This document shows positions 18,138 through 27,223 of a stretch of DNA of 64,000 bases, in pieces. Positions within the stretch are counted from its first letter, which is position 1. The number at the start of each line of letters is the position of its first letter. This DNA is from an uncultured Verrucomicrobiae bacterium (GTDB lineage: Bacteria; Verrucomicrobiota; Verrucomicrobiia; Chthoniobacterales; JAFAMB01). A program made the position numbers and the translations under genes. The DNA lies in NCBI GenBank assembly GCA_963762565.1, contig CAVXLD010000001.1:512001-576000 (forward strand). Direction: 5' to 3'. Under the pieces are notes generated by a model, which searched no databases, had not been told where the DNA came from, and worked only from the letters and a program-made list of their open reading frames with translations.

Positions 18138-19427
18138 TTAATCTGCAGGAAGGCTCTTAGGAATCACCCCGGGCTTGAACATGTCGGATAGATCCGTGGT
18201 ACCATCGAGAGTAGGATTCGCCGCATCATTCAAGAAACCACTGGGTGTATTCGCTCTCAGCCCGAATACTTTCTGCCAAGTGGCCAGATCCGAGGAGTGC
18301 GTGTAATCCTTCGAACTCGCGTAAGCATGCCCCTTAGCCAGATGCGAAATCACAATCAGGTTAATTGTGTGGGCGAAATCGTTCTTAAAGCCTTCGCTTT
18401 CATCCATCCAAATGACAATGACGCCGTTATTCCGATACGCCTCCGAGGCCATAATTTCAGGAATGACGATGGAGAGAAAGTGATCGCCTTCCGCAATCGA
18501 CGCCAAGTCGCTCCTGTAATGAACCCCCTGATAGACAAAGCCGCCCGCCAGGTAGGAATGCATGTCGTTGTACTCGTCCGGCGTAATCAAGTTGTACCGG
18601 GCGACGGTATTGTTCTGTAGGTCCGTAAATAGCTGCTGTAGCGGGGCGTAATGTTTCACCTTCTTGTTAGTGGTCCCGGTGTTATCGCCACCATTGGTAT
18701 CCGGGAAAAACAAGGTACCATCATGTTTGCAGGCAAAACTGTATTCATCGCTACCGTTAAACTCGTTCGTGTAATTGGGCGACGTCCCGCTGAAGGTTGC
18801 CAGGGGAACTGTCCAGAGGGACTTCGGAGCCACATTGCTGGTAGGAGCCCCTCCCAAATTAGCATTGCCGCCGTCCGTGTTCAGCAAATCGATATCCTCC
18901 TGGTAAGCCTTCCAGGTAAGTCCCACGGATTCCATCAATCCGGTCAAATGTTCCCCCGTTACGGTCGGGTTTGCCGCCAAATAGACCTGTATGGCCGGAA
19001 CTGAAGGATCGACGGCCGCGTACGGATCGTTGTCATTGAAAATGCCCAAGTTGGATCCCGCCTCTTGCCAGATATAGTTTGGCTCGGAAGGATGGATGCT
19101 GGGGTTTTTGCCGCTCGGGGTAGCAAGCGCGTTGTGATAAGCAGTCGCGTACGACGCTTCGTCCGAGTTGCTGTTTCCGGGTGTGACGAAGCTATTGAGA
19201 TAGGGAGCCGCCGGGCATTGGTAGAGCTGGTGTGGAGTTTTCTCACTGGCCGGCTGGGTCCAGTTATGATTTTCCAACTCGATATAAAACACGGCGCCGA
19301 TTTGTTTTTCAGGATTTACATCCTGCCCAAAGACTGTCGAAAAAAAGCACGTTGCCGAACAAGCGCTCGCAATTACACCAAGAATATTGCGGGCTGTCCC
19401 GATCGTGCGGAAGTTGATCGGAAGCAT
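18138..19427 (-). CDS. Secreted phosphoesterase-family (acid phosphatase/PLC-like) protein
   Basis: IELENH, HPSEPNY, KH, NDMH, WMDE, YTHSS motifs; signal-like N-terminus. Confidence 0.75.
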   Translation of the reverse strand: MLPINFRTIGTARNILGVIASACSATCFFSTVFGQDVNPEKQIGAVFYIELENHNWTQPASEKTPHQLYQCPAAPYLNSFVTPGNSNSDEASYATAYHNALATPSGKNPSIHPSEPNYIWQEAGSNLGIFNDNDPYAAVDPSVPAIQVYLAANPTVTGEHLTGLMESVGLTWKAYQEDIDLLNTDGGNANLGGAPTSNVAPKSLWTVPLATFSGTSPNYTNEFNGSDEYSFACKHDGTLFFPDTNGGDNTGTTNKKVKHYAPLQQLFTDLQNNTVARYNLITPDEYNDMHSYLAGGFVYQGVHYRSDLASIAEGDHFLSIVIPEIMASEAYRNNGVIVIWMDESEGFKNDFAHTINLIVISHLAKGHAYASSKDYTHSSDLATWQKVFGLRANTPSGFLNDAANPTLDGTTDLSDMFKPGVIPKSLPAD

Positions 19428-19592
19428 AGGGTTATCTTTTGTGTGTGGAGGGTTATTCAGGGTATCGCTGAGAGAAGTGTCGTCATGTTACGTTTTAGTC
19501 ACACAACCACAGTGGGCATTTGCTCGAGTCGGATTCCCTGGGCAGTTCGACTCTCAAAGACTCTCAAGGCGATTCTAGAAGGTGATTTTTGA

Positions 19593-20715
19593 AGGGTCAC
19601 GTCTTAACAAACAACTATTCTGGTCTTGACATCGTCACTTTCTGAACCCTAAGAGATCGGTGCTATGGCCCGGCCGACGAGATTGGATATTGCGGGGGGA
19701 TGGTACCACGTGGCGAATCGAGGTATCGAACGAAAGACCATCTTCCGAGGCCGCTCGGGGTACGAACACTTTATTGAGCTGATCAGTACGCTACCCCGGC
19801 GGTTCGGTTTGCGAGTGCACGCCTACGTGCTCATGCCCGATCACTATCATCTACAGATCGAAACGCCCAAGGCCAATCTGAGCCGGGCCATCCAGTGGCT
19901 GAACGTCAGCTATAGCATCTGGTTCAATAAGAAGCATCAGCGGGTCGGGCCGCTGTTTCAGGGTAGATTCAAGGCCATCCTGCACAATTGCTCCAGCCAC
20001 GCCCCAACCATTAACAAGTATATTCATCTTAATCCGGTTCGGGTGTGGCGCTCGGGTGGTCACGAGCGCCGGGCGGGTGCTTCGGACCAAGCAACTGCGG
20101 CCAAGCGCGGTGCTGCCCGAGTGGAAGCTCTGCGCGCGTACTCCTGGAGTTCATACCACTATTACAACGGCGAAGAGCGAGCTCCGCTCTGGCTGACCAC
20201 TCAGACCGTACTGGAGCTACTAGAGCCAGGCAGAAGAGCCACCACCCAGACGGCGGCCTATCGCCGAGAATTGGAACGGGCTGCAGCCGCGGATCAATTG
20301 GAAACGGATTGGAAGACTGAGCTCAAAGCCAGCCTGCTGCTTGGGTCAAGCGACTTTGTGGGGCGAATGAAAAAACGGCTGAGCGGTGATCGCCGTGAAC
20401 AGACGGCGTTAAGGAAGGCAAGCCAAGGGGCCTTAAGCTGGAATCGGATTACAGCGGCGGTAAGTCAGCTTTGGGACCAGGATTGGGAATTGTTGCGCAC
20501 GAGTTACGGTACCGGCGCCCTGGCGGCGGCGCTCTACTTGGCGCGTAATCACTCCGACCAGACCCTACGCGAACTAGGCGCCCTAGCCGGCGGGATGCAA
20601 TACCCTGCTGTAACCATGGCCATTCGTCGTTTTACCAACCGATTAAAAACCGATAAGACCTTGGCCGTAAAGGTAAAACAGTTGGAGAGAATGTTGCAAA
20701 TTAAGACGTGACCCT
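19593..20715 (+). mobile_element. TIR-bounded unit carrying a HUH/Y1 transposase
   Basis: AGGGTCACGTCTTAA (19593-19607) is the exact rc of TTAAGACGTGACCCT (20701-20715). Confidence 0.8.
19665..20711 (+). CDS. IS200/RAYT-superfamily HUH (Y1) transposase with C-terminal DnaA-domain-IV-like HTH
   Basis: YHVANRG, MPDHYHL (HUH), GPLFQGRF, YIHLNPVR (Tyr), WSSY; tail ALYLARNHSDQTLRELGALAGGMQYPAV. Confidence 0.9.
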   Translation: MARPTRLDIAGGWYHVANRGIERKTIFRGRSGYEHFIELISTLPRRFGLRVHAYVLMPDHYHLQIETPKANLSRAIQWLNVSYSIWFNKKHQRVGPLFQGRFKAILHNCSSHAPTINKYIHLNPVRVWRSGGHERRAGASDQATAAKRGAARVEALRAYSWSSYHYYNGEERAPLWLTTQTVLELLEPGRRATTQTAAYRRELERAAAADQLETDWKTELKASLLLGSSDFVGRMKKRLSGDRREQTALRKASQGALSWNRITAAVSQLWDQDWELLRTSYGTGALAAALYLARNHSDQTLRELGALAGGMQYPAVTMAIRRFTNRLKTDKTLAVKVKQLERMLQIKT

Positions 20716-20728
20716 GGTGGTACGGTCT

Positions 20729-21003
20729 CTCGCAAGCGAGGCAGTGCTCCACGGGCGGCAAGCCCTCTCGGCCTCGCGAGCGAGGCAGCGCTCCACGAGT
20801 GGCGACCCCTTTCGGCCTCGCAAGCGAGGCAACGCTCCACGGGTGCCGACCGCCTCGGCCTCGCAAGCGAGGCAACGCTCCACGGGTGCCGACCGCCTCG
20901 GCCTCGCGAGCGAGGCAGCGCTCCACGGGTGCCGACCGCCTCGGCCTCGCTAACTGTCGCGCCGCAGGCCTTGCGAAGGCGGAAGCGAGGCAGCGCCCCA
21001 CGG
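20729..21003. repeat. Tandem array of REP-like family B: units of 44, 44, 43, 43, 43 bp plus an interrupted sixth
   Basis: Units start at 20729, 20773, 20817, 20860, 20903, 20946; core GCCTCGC-RA-GCGAGGCARCGCTCCACG; related copies at ~2056 and 22770-22817. Confidence 0.95.
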
Positions 21004-21049
21004 TGTGGGCCCAGTTGCGGTCAAAAAGATTCGATGCGATAGGCTGCGC

Positions 21050-21400
21050 ATGCAGTCGCTTTTGGCTATTTTACAGCTTGCCGCGGTCGAAGTGAACGCT
21101 TGGAAGATTATCGGCTGGACCGGTAATTTGATCTTTGGGCTCCGGTTTGTTTGGCAATGGATCGCTTCAGAGAGAGCCAAGAAAAGCATTATTCCCCCGG
21201 GTTTTTGGGAGATTAGCTTGTTGGGTAGTATGATCTACACGAGCTATTTTATCTTTTATCGTCATGACTCAGTAGGCATCATTTCCAACCTCTTGCCTCT
21301 CCCGCTGTATGCGCGGAATGTATTCTTGCATTGGCGCCACGCACGGATCCATAAGAAAGAAGCGGAATCGGCCAAGGAAGCCGATTCAGTGGTGGATTAA
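21050..21400 (+). CDS. Lipid A biosynthesis N-terminal (LAB_N) domain membrane protein
   Basis: IGWTGNLIFGLRFVWQWIASERAKKSIIPPGFWEISLLGS. Confidence 0.8.
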   Translation: MQSLLAILQLAAVEVNAWKIIGWTGNLIFGLRFVWQWIASERAKKSIIPPGFWEISLLGSMIYTSYFIFYRHDSVGIISNLLPLPLYARNVFLHWRHARIHKKEAESAKEADSVVD

Positions 21401-21401
21401 G

Positions 21402-21579
21402 AACCGCGAATGAACACGAAGGGACCTGAAGGGAAACCAAACCACAGATGGAAAAGCATAAGTCGACGTTAACCTGCGTACATCTGCGCCCGCCCGCCAT
21501 AGCTTTAGCGACGGCTGGTTAATCTGCGGTTGGACTTAATTTCTCTTTGTTTTCGCGTTTATTCGCGCCCATTCGCGGG
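21402..21579. repeat. Nested inverted repeats (CGCGAAT-type outer, CACAGAT/ATCTGCG inner, small GCC-TAGC element)
   Basis: ccgcgaatgaacacgaa vs ttcgcgcccattcgcgg; aaccacagat vs atctgcggtt. Confidence 0.65.
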
Positions 21580-21606
21580 CTAAATTTTAGTTAGGGCTGA
21601 TCCTTT

Positions 21607-22758
21607 ATGATTTACCTCGATAACAACGCAACCACGGCCGTCGACCCGCAAGTGTTGGACGCGATGCTGCCGTACTTGAAGGAACAATACGGCAACCCGT
21701 CCAGCGCGTACACTTTTGGGAAAAAGGTGGCTCGGGCAATCGACCATGCTCGGGAGCAGGTGGCGGCTCTGCTGCACTGTGACCCAGCCGAGATCGTTTT
21801 CACCAGCTGTGGCACTGAATCGGACAATAGCGCGATCCAATCGGCCCTGCTGATCGATCGGGACCGCAAACATATCGTAACCAGCAAAGTGGAACATAGC
21901 GCGGTTCTGAAGCACGCTGAGGCGCTCGCCCGTCGTGGCTACGAAATTACTTTGCTCGATGTGGATGAGAACGGCCTCCTTGATCTTTCCGCGCTGGAAG
22001 AGGCGATTCGACCAGATACGGCCGTTGTTTCGTTGATGTGGGCTAACAATGAAACCGGGGTGCTTTTCCCGATTGAGGAAGTCGCGGCCATTTGCCAACG
22101 CCAACAGACGATCTTTCATACCGACGCCGTGCAAGCGGTTGGGAAGATACCCATCGATCTTCAGTCCGGCGCAATTCAATTTCTGTCGCTATCAGGACAC
22201 AAACTGCATGCTCCCAAAGGAGTTGGTGTGCTTTATGTGAACCGGCGCACGCGGTTTAATCCTTTTCTGATCGGAGGCAGCCAAGAGCAAAAACGTCGGG
22301 GAGGCACACACAACACCGCCTCGATCGTGGCACTCGGGAAAGCGGCGGAATTGGCGGCGGAATATCTGCCCGAAGAAAGCAATCGGGTTAAACATTTGCG
22401 GGATCAGTTTGAGCAAGAAGTTTTTACCCGAATCTCCGGCGTTCAGCTTAATGGAGACCGTGAGCACCGCCTTCCGAATACGGCGAACATCGCCATTGAC
22501 GGGGCCGATTCAGAAGGACTGTTAATGTTGCTCGACCAGAAGGGGGTCTGTTGTTCGGCAGGTTCAGCTTGTACCGCCGGTTCACTGGAGCCGTCTCACG
22601 TGCTGAAGGCCATGGGTTTCTCGACGGAGCGCGCGCGAGCTAGCCTACGATTCTCCTTTGGGCGGTTTAATACTGAGGAAGATGTCTCCTCCGCGGCCGG
22701 GATTTTAGCGACCGCGGTGGAAAGGGTCCGCTCAGCGAACCGGGTTGCGGTCGGATAA
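21607..22758 (+). CDS. iscS: Cysteine desulfurase (IscS/NifS group I)
   Basis: YLDNNATT, YGNPSS, HTDAVQ, SGHK (PLP Lys), SAGSACT. Confidence 0.93.
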   Translation: MIYLDNNATTAVDPQVLDAMLPYLKEQYGNPSSAYTFGKKVARAIDHAREQVAALLHCDPAEIVFTSCGTESDNSAIQSALLIDRDRKHIVTSKVEHSAVLKHAEALARRGYEITLLDVDENGLLDLSALEEAIRPDTAVVSLMWANNETGVLFPIEEVAAICQRQQTIFHTDAVQAVGKIPIDLQSGAIQFLSLSGHKLHAPKGVGVLYVNRRTRFNPFLIGGSQEQKRRGGTHNTASIVALGKAAELAAEYLPEESNRVKHLRDQFEQEVFTRISGVQLNGDREHRLPNTANIAIDGADSEGLLMLLDQKGVCCSAGSACTAGSLEPSHVLKAMGFSTERARASLRFSFGRFNTEEDVSSAAGILATAVERVRSANRVAVG

Positions 22759-22830
22759 GGGGCCGCCGCCCGTGGAGCGCTGCCTTGCGAAGGCGGAAGC
22801 GAGGCAACGCTCCACGGGTGGCGACCCCTA
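22756..22830. repeat. REP-like family B doublet spanning stop-to-stop between iscS and prpD
   Basis: ggggccgccgcccgtggagcgctgcct vs aggcaacgctccacgggtggcgacccc. Confidence 0.9.
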
Positions 22831-24261
22831 CACCACAAAAAGATCCATGAAATCGTCGACGGGTGTATCCAGGAGCCGCGCTGAATCCGCGAAAAGCGAC
22901 AGGATACGGTCGGAGTTTTTTTCTGAGATTCTGTTTCGCAAACTTTTCTCGAACTTCTCGAACAACAGTGGCTCACCCTCTTTTCTCCGGCGAGGATGGC
23001 CGATCGGATATTCTACTACGACCTTTTCGCTGGCGGAACCGTCTTGGAAAAAAACCTGAACTGAGTTCCCGATCGAACGTTTGTCGGGGTCTAGATAGTC
23101 CCGGCTGAACTCAAGGTTTTCAACGACGTCCATTTTTTGGCGGAGAACATCGATCCGCGGATCGGCTGCAGCAGCATTTTCGTAGTCTTCGGCGGTCAGT
23201 TGTCCATGAATCAGGGGAACTGCGACCATGTATTGAATACAATGATCGCGATCCGCCGGGTTGTTCAAAGGGCCGGCCTTATCAATGATGCGTTTGCCAG
23301 ATTCTTGCGTTTCAATCACGACTTTAGAAATCTGATCCAGACGTCCCTTAGTCCGATCGTAGAGTTGCAAGGCCGCTTCTACGGCCGTTTGCGCATGGAA
23401 TTCCGCCGGGAAAGAGATCTTAAATAGGACGTGTCGGATCACATAGGACCCAAGGGGCTGTGCCAGCTGAATCGGTTTGCCGTCGAACAGAACATCTTGA
23501 AATCCCCAACGCGGCGCGGTCAAAGCGCTTGAGTAACCCATCTCGCCGCGAAGCGCCTGTAGACCATGGAAAACGGCGCGAGAGGTAGCGTCACCTGCAG
23601 CCCAGCTTTTCCTTGAACCCGTGTTAGGGGCATGTCGATAGGTCCGGAGCGCACCGCCATCGATAAAAGCGTTTGAAATGGCGTTGATAACCTCGGCCCG
23701 AGAACCGCCTAACAGTCTGGTAATGACGGCAGTAGAGGCGACCCGCACCAGGAGCACGTGATCCAGCCCCGCCCGGTTGAAACTGTGGGAAAGCGCTAAC
23801 ACTCCCTGAATCTCATAGGCTTGGACCGCCGCTCTTAATAGGTCGCGGATTGTCAAGGGATGAGACTTGGTGTCACCCGACCGGTTTAGATAATCGGCAA
23901 CAGCCAGGATTCCGCCGAAGTTGTCGGATGGGTGGCCCCACTCCGCAGCGAGCCAGGTGTCATTAAAGTCTAGCCAGCGGATCATCGCGCCGATATTGAA
24001 CGCCGCCCGAACCGGCTCGAGCTGGTAGGACGTGCCAGGCACCCGGGCGCCACCGGATAACACCGCTCCCGGAACGATCGGTCCTAAGAGTTTGGTGCAA
24101 GCGGGATAAGAGAGCGCCTGCAAGGCACAGCCGAGGCTATCCATCAGACAAAGCTGGGCCACCGATTCAGCTTCAGGGTCGACCGGCGACACGCTCAAAA
24201 CATAATCCGCGATTTGCTGGAGCAGAATATCCTCAGGGGGACGGTTCGAAGACGGATTCAT
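22828..24261 (-). CDS. prpD: 2-methylcitrate dehydratase
   Basis: RWLDFNDTWLAAEWGHPSDN, YRHAPNTGSRKSWAAGDA, FPAEFHAQT. Confidence 0.95.
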   Translation of the reverse strand: MNPSSNRPPEDILLQQIADYVLSVSPVDPEAESVAQLCLMDSLGCALQALSYPACTKLLGPIVPGAVLSGGARVPGTSYQLEPVRAAFNIGAMIRWLDFNDTWLAAEWGHPSDNFGGILAVADYLNRSGDTKSHPLTIRDLLRAAVQAYEIQGVLALSHSFNRAGLDHVLLVRVASTAVITRLLGGSRAEVINAISNAFIDGGALRTYRHAPNTGSRKSWAAGDATSRAVFHGLQALRGEMGYSSALTAPRWGFQDVLFDGKPIQLAQPLGSYVIRHVLFKISFPAEFHAQTAVEAALQLYDRTKGRLDQISKVVIETQESGKRIIDKAGPLNNPADRDHCIQYMVAVPLIHGQLTAEDYENAAAADPRIDVLRQKMDVVENLEFSRDYLDPDKRSIGNSVQVFFQDGSASEKVVVEYPIGHPRRRKEGEPLLFEKFEKSLRNRISEKNSDRILSLFADSARLLDTPVDDFMDLFVV

Positions 24262-24314
24262 CGTTAGAAATATCCGCAGATTGCTCGGGCCCCACAAGAC
24301 GCTTCGTTACAAAA

Positions 24315-24625
24315 GCCTCGCGCAGAGGTGGCAGAGGACGCAAAGGCGAAGACAAAAATTTCGGGGTGGTCCAGCGTTCGCCACCACCGATCGCGATCAA
24401 GACGTCGCCCAAATAAAAGCCGTGCTCGGATCAGTCACGTTGGATTTCAGCCACACCGTGGGCCCGGCTCGGCGGGTGTGTCGGACCGGCAAACGAAATC
24501 TTCTTTCAAAATCGCAGCCCCTGGAAGGCCGCCTAGACCGTGCGGGAGCCTCGCCCCACCAGCTATGAGTTCTGTATAATCTGCGTCCGTTACCTCCGCG
24601 TCCGCTGCGCCCTCTGCGCGAGGCT
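24315..24625. repeat. Inverted CGCAGAGG-type arms enclosing a split GGGGCGAGGCTCCCG REP
   Basis: gcctcgcgcagagg (~24315) vs cctctgcgcgaggc (~24611); cgggagcctcgccccacc at ~24543. Confidence 0.75.
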
Positions 24626-24644
24626 TATCTTACCGTGTTTGGGG

Positions 24645-25775
24645 CTAGCGCTTTTCGATCGGGACGAAGGGCCGGAGCTCGGGGCCGACGTAATCAGCAT
24701 TCGGGCGAATCAGTTTGTTATTCGCTCGTTGCTCCTGGATGTGGGCTGACCACCCCGAGATTCGTGCCATTACGAAGAGCGGAGTGAAATGGGCCGTTGG
24801 AATATCGAGAAAATGATAGGCGATGGCGCTAGAAAAATCGACGTTTGCAAACAGCTTCTTCTCTTCCTTCATCACGACCTCGATCTCGTCCGCAACCTCA
24901 AAAAGATAACCATCTGGCGCCGATTTAGCTAAGCGCTCTGACCAGCCTTTAGCGATCGGGTGGCGAGGATCACTGTGCTTGTAGACGGCGTGCCCAAAGC
25001 CCATGATTTTCTGTTTAGCCGCTAGCATCGCGAGCACGGCAGCTCGGGCCTCTTTTCGGATCTTAAATCTTTGGATCAACTCCATCGCGGCCTCATTGGC
25101 ACCGCCGTGCAACGGTCCTCGCAAGGTGCCAATGCCGGCCGTAACACAGGAATAGAAATCTGACAGGGTGGCTGCACAGACGCGGCAAGCAAAGGTTGAC
25201 GCGTTAAACTCATGTTCAGCGTAGAGGATCAGCGAGGTATCCAAGGCCCGCCGCGACGCCTCGCTCGGCGAATCCCCATGTAAAAGGGTCAGATAATGTC
25301 CCGCCAACGAATTAGCATCGTCGTCCGTAGCAATACGTTCACCTTTGTGAGAGAAATGATACCAATAAGCAAGGGCGGAAGGAAAGACGCTCATCAATCG
25401 CTCCGAAACTTCTTTTTGGATGGCAAAACTCGTCTCGGGTTCAAGCGATCCCAGGAAGGAACAGGCGGTGCGCAGCACATCCATTGGGTGCGCGTCTGCC
25501 GGGATCAATTCGAGAAGCTTTCTTAACGCATCCGGAAGCTGTCGTTTCTGCTTTAGCCTAAGGCGAAACGCATCCAGCTCGGGCTGGGCCGGGAGCGCGC
25601 CGTGGATCAGCAAATACGCAACCTCTTCGAAGGAGGAGTGGGCGGCTAGTTCCTCAATGGCATACCCACGGTACGTTAAACCGACTCCTTCTTTCCCGAC
25701 TGTCGCGATGTCGGTTGTGCCAACGGCTTGCCCGCGTAAACCGGTGGTTGCTGGGGGGACTTTGGCAGTGCTCAT
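24645..25775 (-). CDS. prpC: 2-methylcitrate synthase
   Basis: LTYRGY, YAEHEFNASTF, GPLHGGANE, GFGHAVY; located between prpB and prpD. Confidence 0.93.
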   Translation of the reverse strand: MSTAKVPPATTGLRGQAVGTTDIATVGKEGVGLTYRGYAIEELAAHSSFEEVAYLLIHGALPAQPELDAFRLRLKQKRQLPDALRKLLELIPADAHPMDVLRTACSFLGSLEPETSFAIQKEVSERLMSVFPSALAYWYHFSHKGERIATDDDANSLAGHYLTLLHGDSPSEASRRALDTSLILYAEHEFNASTFACRVCAATLSDFYSCVTAGIGTLRGPLHGGANEAAMELIQRFKIRKEARAAVLAMLAAKQKIMGFGHAVYKHSDPRHPIAKGWSERLAKSAPDGYLFEVADEIEVVMKEEKKLFANVDFSSAIAYHFLDIPTAHFTPLFVMARISGWSAHIQEQRANNKLIRPNADYVGPELRPFVPIEKR

Positions 25776-25781
25776 GCTCTT

Positions 25782-26696
25782 TCAATATTTCGAGAACGAA
25801 TCCAACCTGGATTCATACTCGTGGTAATTCAGAACCTCGTACAGATGGTCTCGAGTTTGCATCGCGCCAACCGCAGCTTTCTGGGTGCCGGTCTGGCGAA
25901 TGGTTTCATAGACGCTCTCGGCTGCAGCCGACATCGCCCGAAAAGCGCTTAATGGATAAAGAACGACCCGAATCCCGGATGCGCGCAGCTCTTCCACCGA
26001 AAAAAGCGGGGTTTTGCCAAATTCGGTCAGGTTCGCCAACACCGGAACCCGGAGACGTTCAGTAAACCGGCGATAATCTTCGAGACTGGTGACTGCTTCC
26101 GCAAAGATAAGGTCGGCTCCAGCTACAACATACTGCTCACATCGCTCGAGAGCCGAATCGACCCCTTCGCCGGCCACGGCATCCGTACGTGCCATCAAAA
26201 CGAACGATGGATCAATCTTAGCGTCGCTGGCAGCCCTAATCCGATCGACCATCTCCCGTGGTTCTACGACTTCCTTGTTGGGACGATGGCCACATCGTTT
26301 GGCCTGAACCTGGTCCTCAATGTGGCAACCCGCGGCGCCGGCTCGACCCAGATCCCGAATCGCACGCGCGATATTGAACGCGTTTCCCCAGCCCGTATCG
26401 GCATCGACCATGATTGGCAAATTAGTGGCCCCGGTGATCCTGCGAACGTCTTCGCACACATCGTTCAAATTGGTCATCCCGAGGTCGGGCAACCCAAAAG
26501 AAGCATTCGCGACCCCCGCGCCGGAAAGATATACGGCTCGAAAGCCTGCCCGCTGAGCAAGCAGCGCGCAGAAGGCATTGATCACGCCCACCATCTGCAA
26601 CGGTCTCTCCTCCTCGATCGCAGTTCGCAAGCGGACACCAGGCGAGGTCGGTGATGGGTGATTGGTGATTGGTGATTGGTTGGAGGGGCTACTCAC
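25782..26696 (-). CDS. prpB: Methylisocitrate lyase
   Basis: [42 protein letters not shown]. Confidence 0.95.
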   Translation of the reverse strand: MSSPSNQSPITNHPSPTSPGVRLRTAIEEERPLQMVGVINAFCALLAQRAGFRAVYLSGAGVANASFGLPDLGMTNLNDVCEDVRRITGATNLPIMVDADTGWGNAFNIARAIRDLGRAGAAGCHIEDQVQAKRCGHRPNKEVVEPREMVDRIRAASDAKIDPSFVLMARTDAVAGEGVDSALERCEQYVVAGADLIFAEAVTSLEDYRRFTERLRVPVLANLTEFGKTPLFSVEELRASGIRVVLYPLSAFRAMSAAAESVYETIRQTGTQKAAVGAMQTRDHLYEVLNYHEYESRLDSFSKY

Positions 26697-27223
26697 CTTC
26701 TGTCCTTTTAACCCGCGGAAAACAGTAGTTCAAGGCCGGAGGGGAGCCAGACTTCGCCCCTTCGTCTAGACTCGGGAGGCTACGTCGGGCAGGCCGCTTT
26801 GGCGCGTGACCGTCTATCTACTAACATTCCCCGCACAACTCGATCCGGTCGAAGATCTTGTTAAACAAGCGGCTCCCGCGAATAACCCAGCGGCTCGCAG
26901 CTCCATCGATTGATGCTTCTAAAAAGGAGACGAGAAGAAAATCTACGCAATTGCCAAGTATTCTATCGACTTTTTAGCGTCTCCATCTCTGTAACTGTGT
27001 GAGAACGATCGGAATTTATAGGCCTATGGCTTCGAGGCAAACGACAGAGCTGCAAAACGCTGGGCACCTCCCGGGAGCCGCCTGCTGCCTCGTTATCTTG
27101 GACCCATCGCGCACTGCGACGAATTTCGCGGGGTCCTGCGGCATGTGCCAAAGCGGCTCCCCTCCACTCTCCAAAACCTTGAACTCCCCCACCCCTTTAG
27201 TTTAGAACTGAGGCTACCAGCCT

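Noticed and set aside
20729..21003. Possible CRISPR array
   Set aside because: Inter-repeat segments are only ~15 nt and three are identical; no cas genes; the same motif is dispersed elsewhere as REP copies
20549..21095. Repetitive-peptide ORFs (ERCLA..., RQRSTG...)
   Set aside because: Translations of the 43-44-bp DNA array, whose unit is not a multiple of 3
27025..27065. c-di-GMP-I riboswitch (GGCAAAC...GCAAA)
   Set aside because: No supporting stem or GNRA tetraloop; the region sits among GGGAGCCGCTT-type repeats
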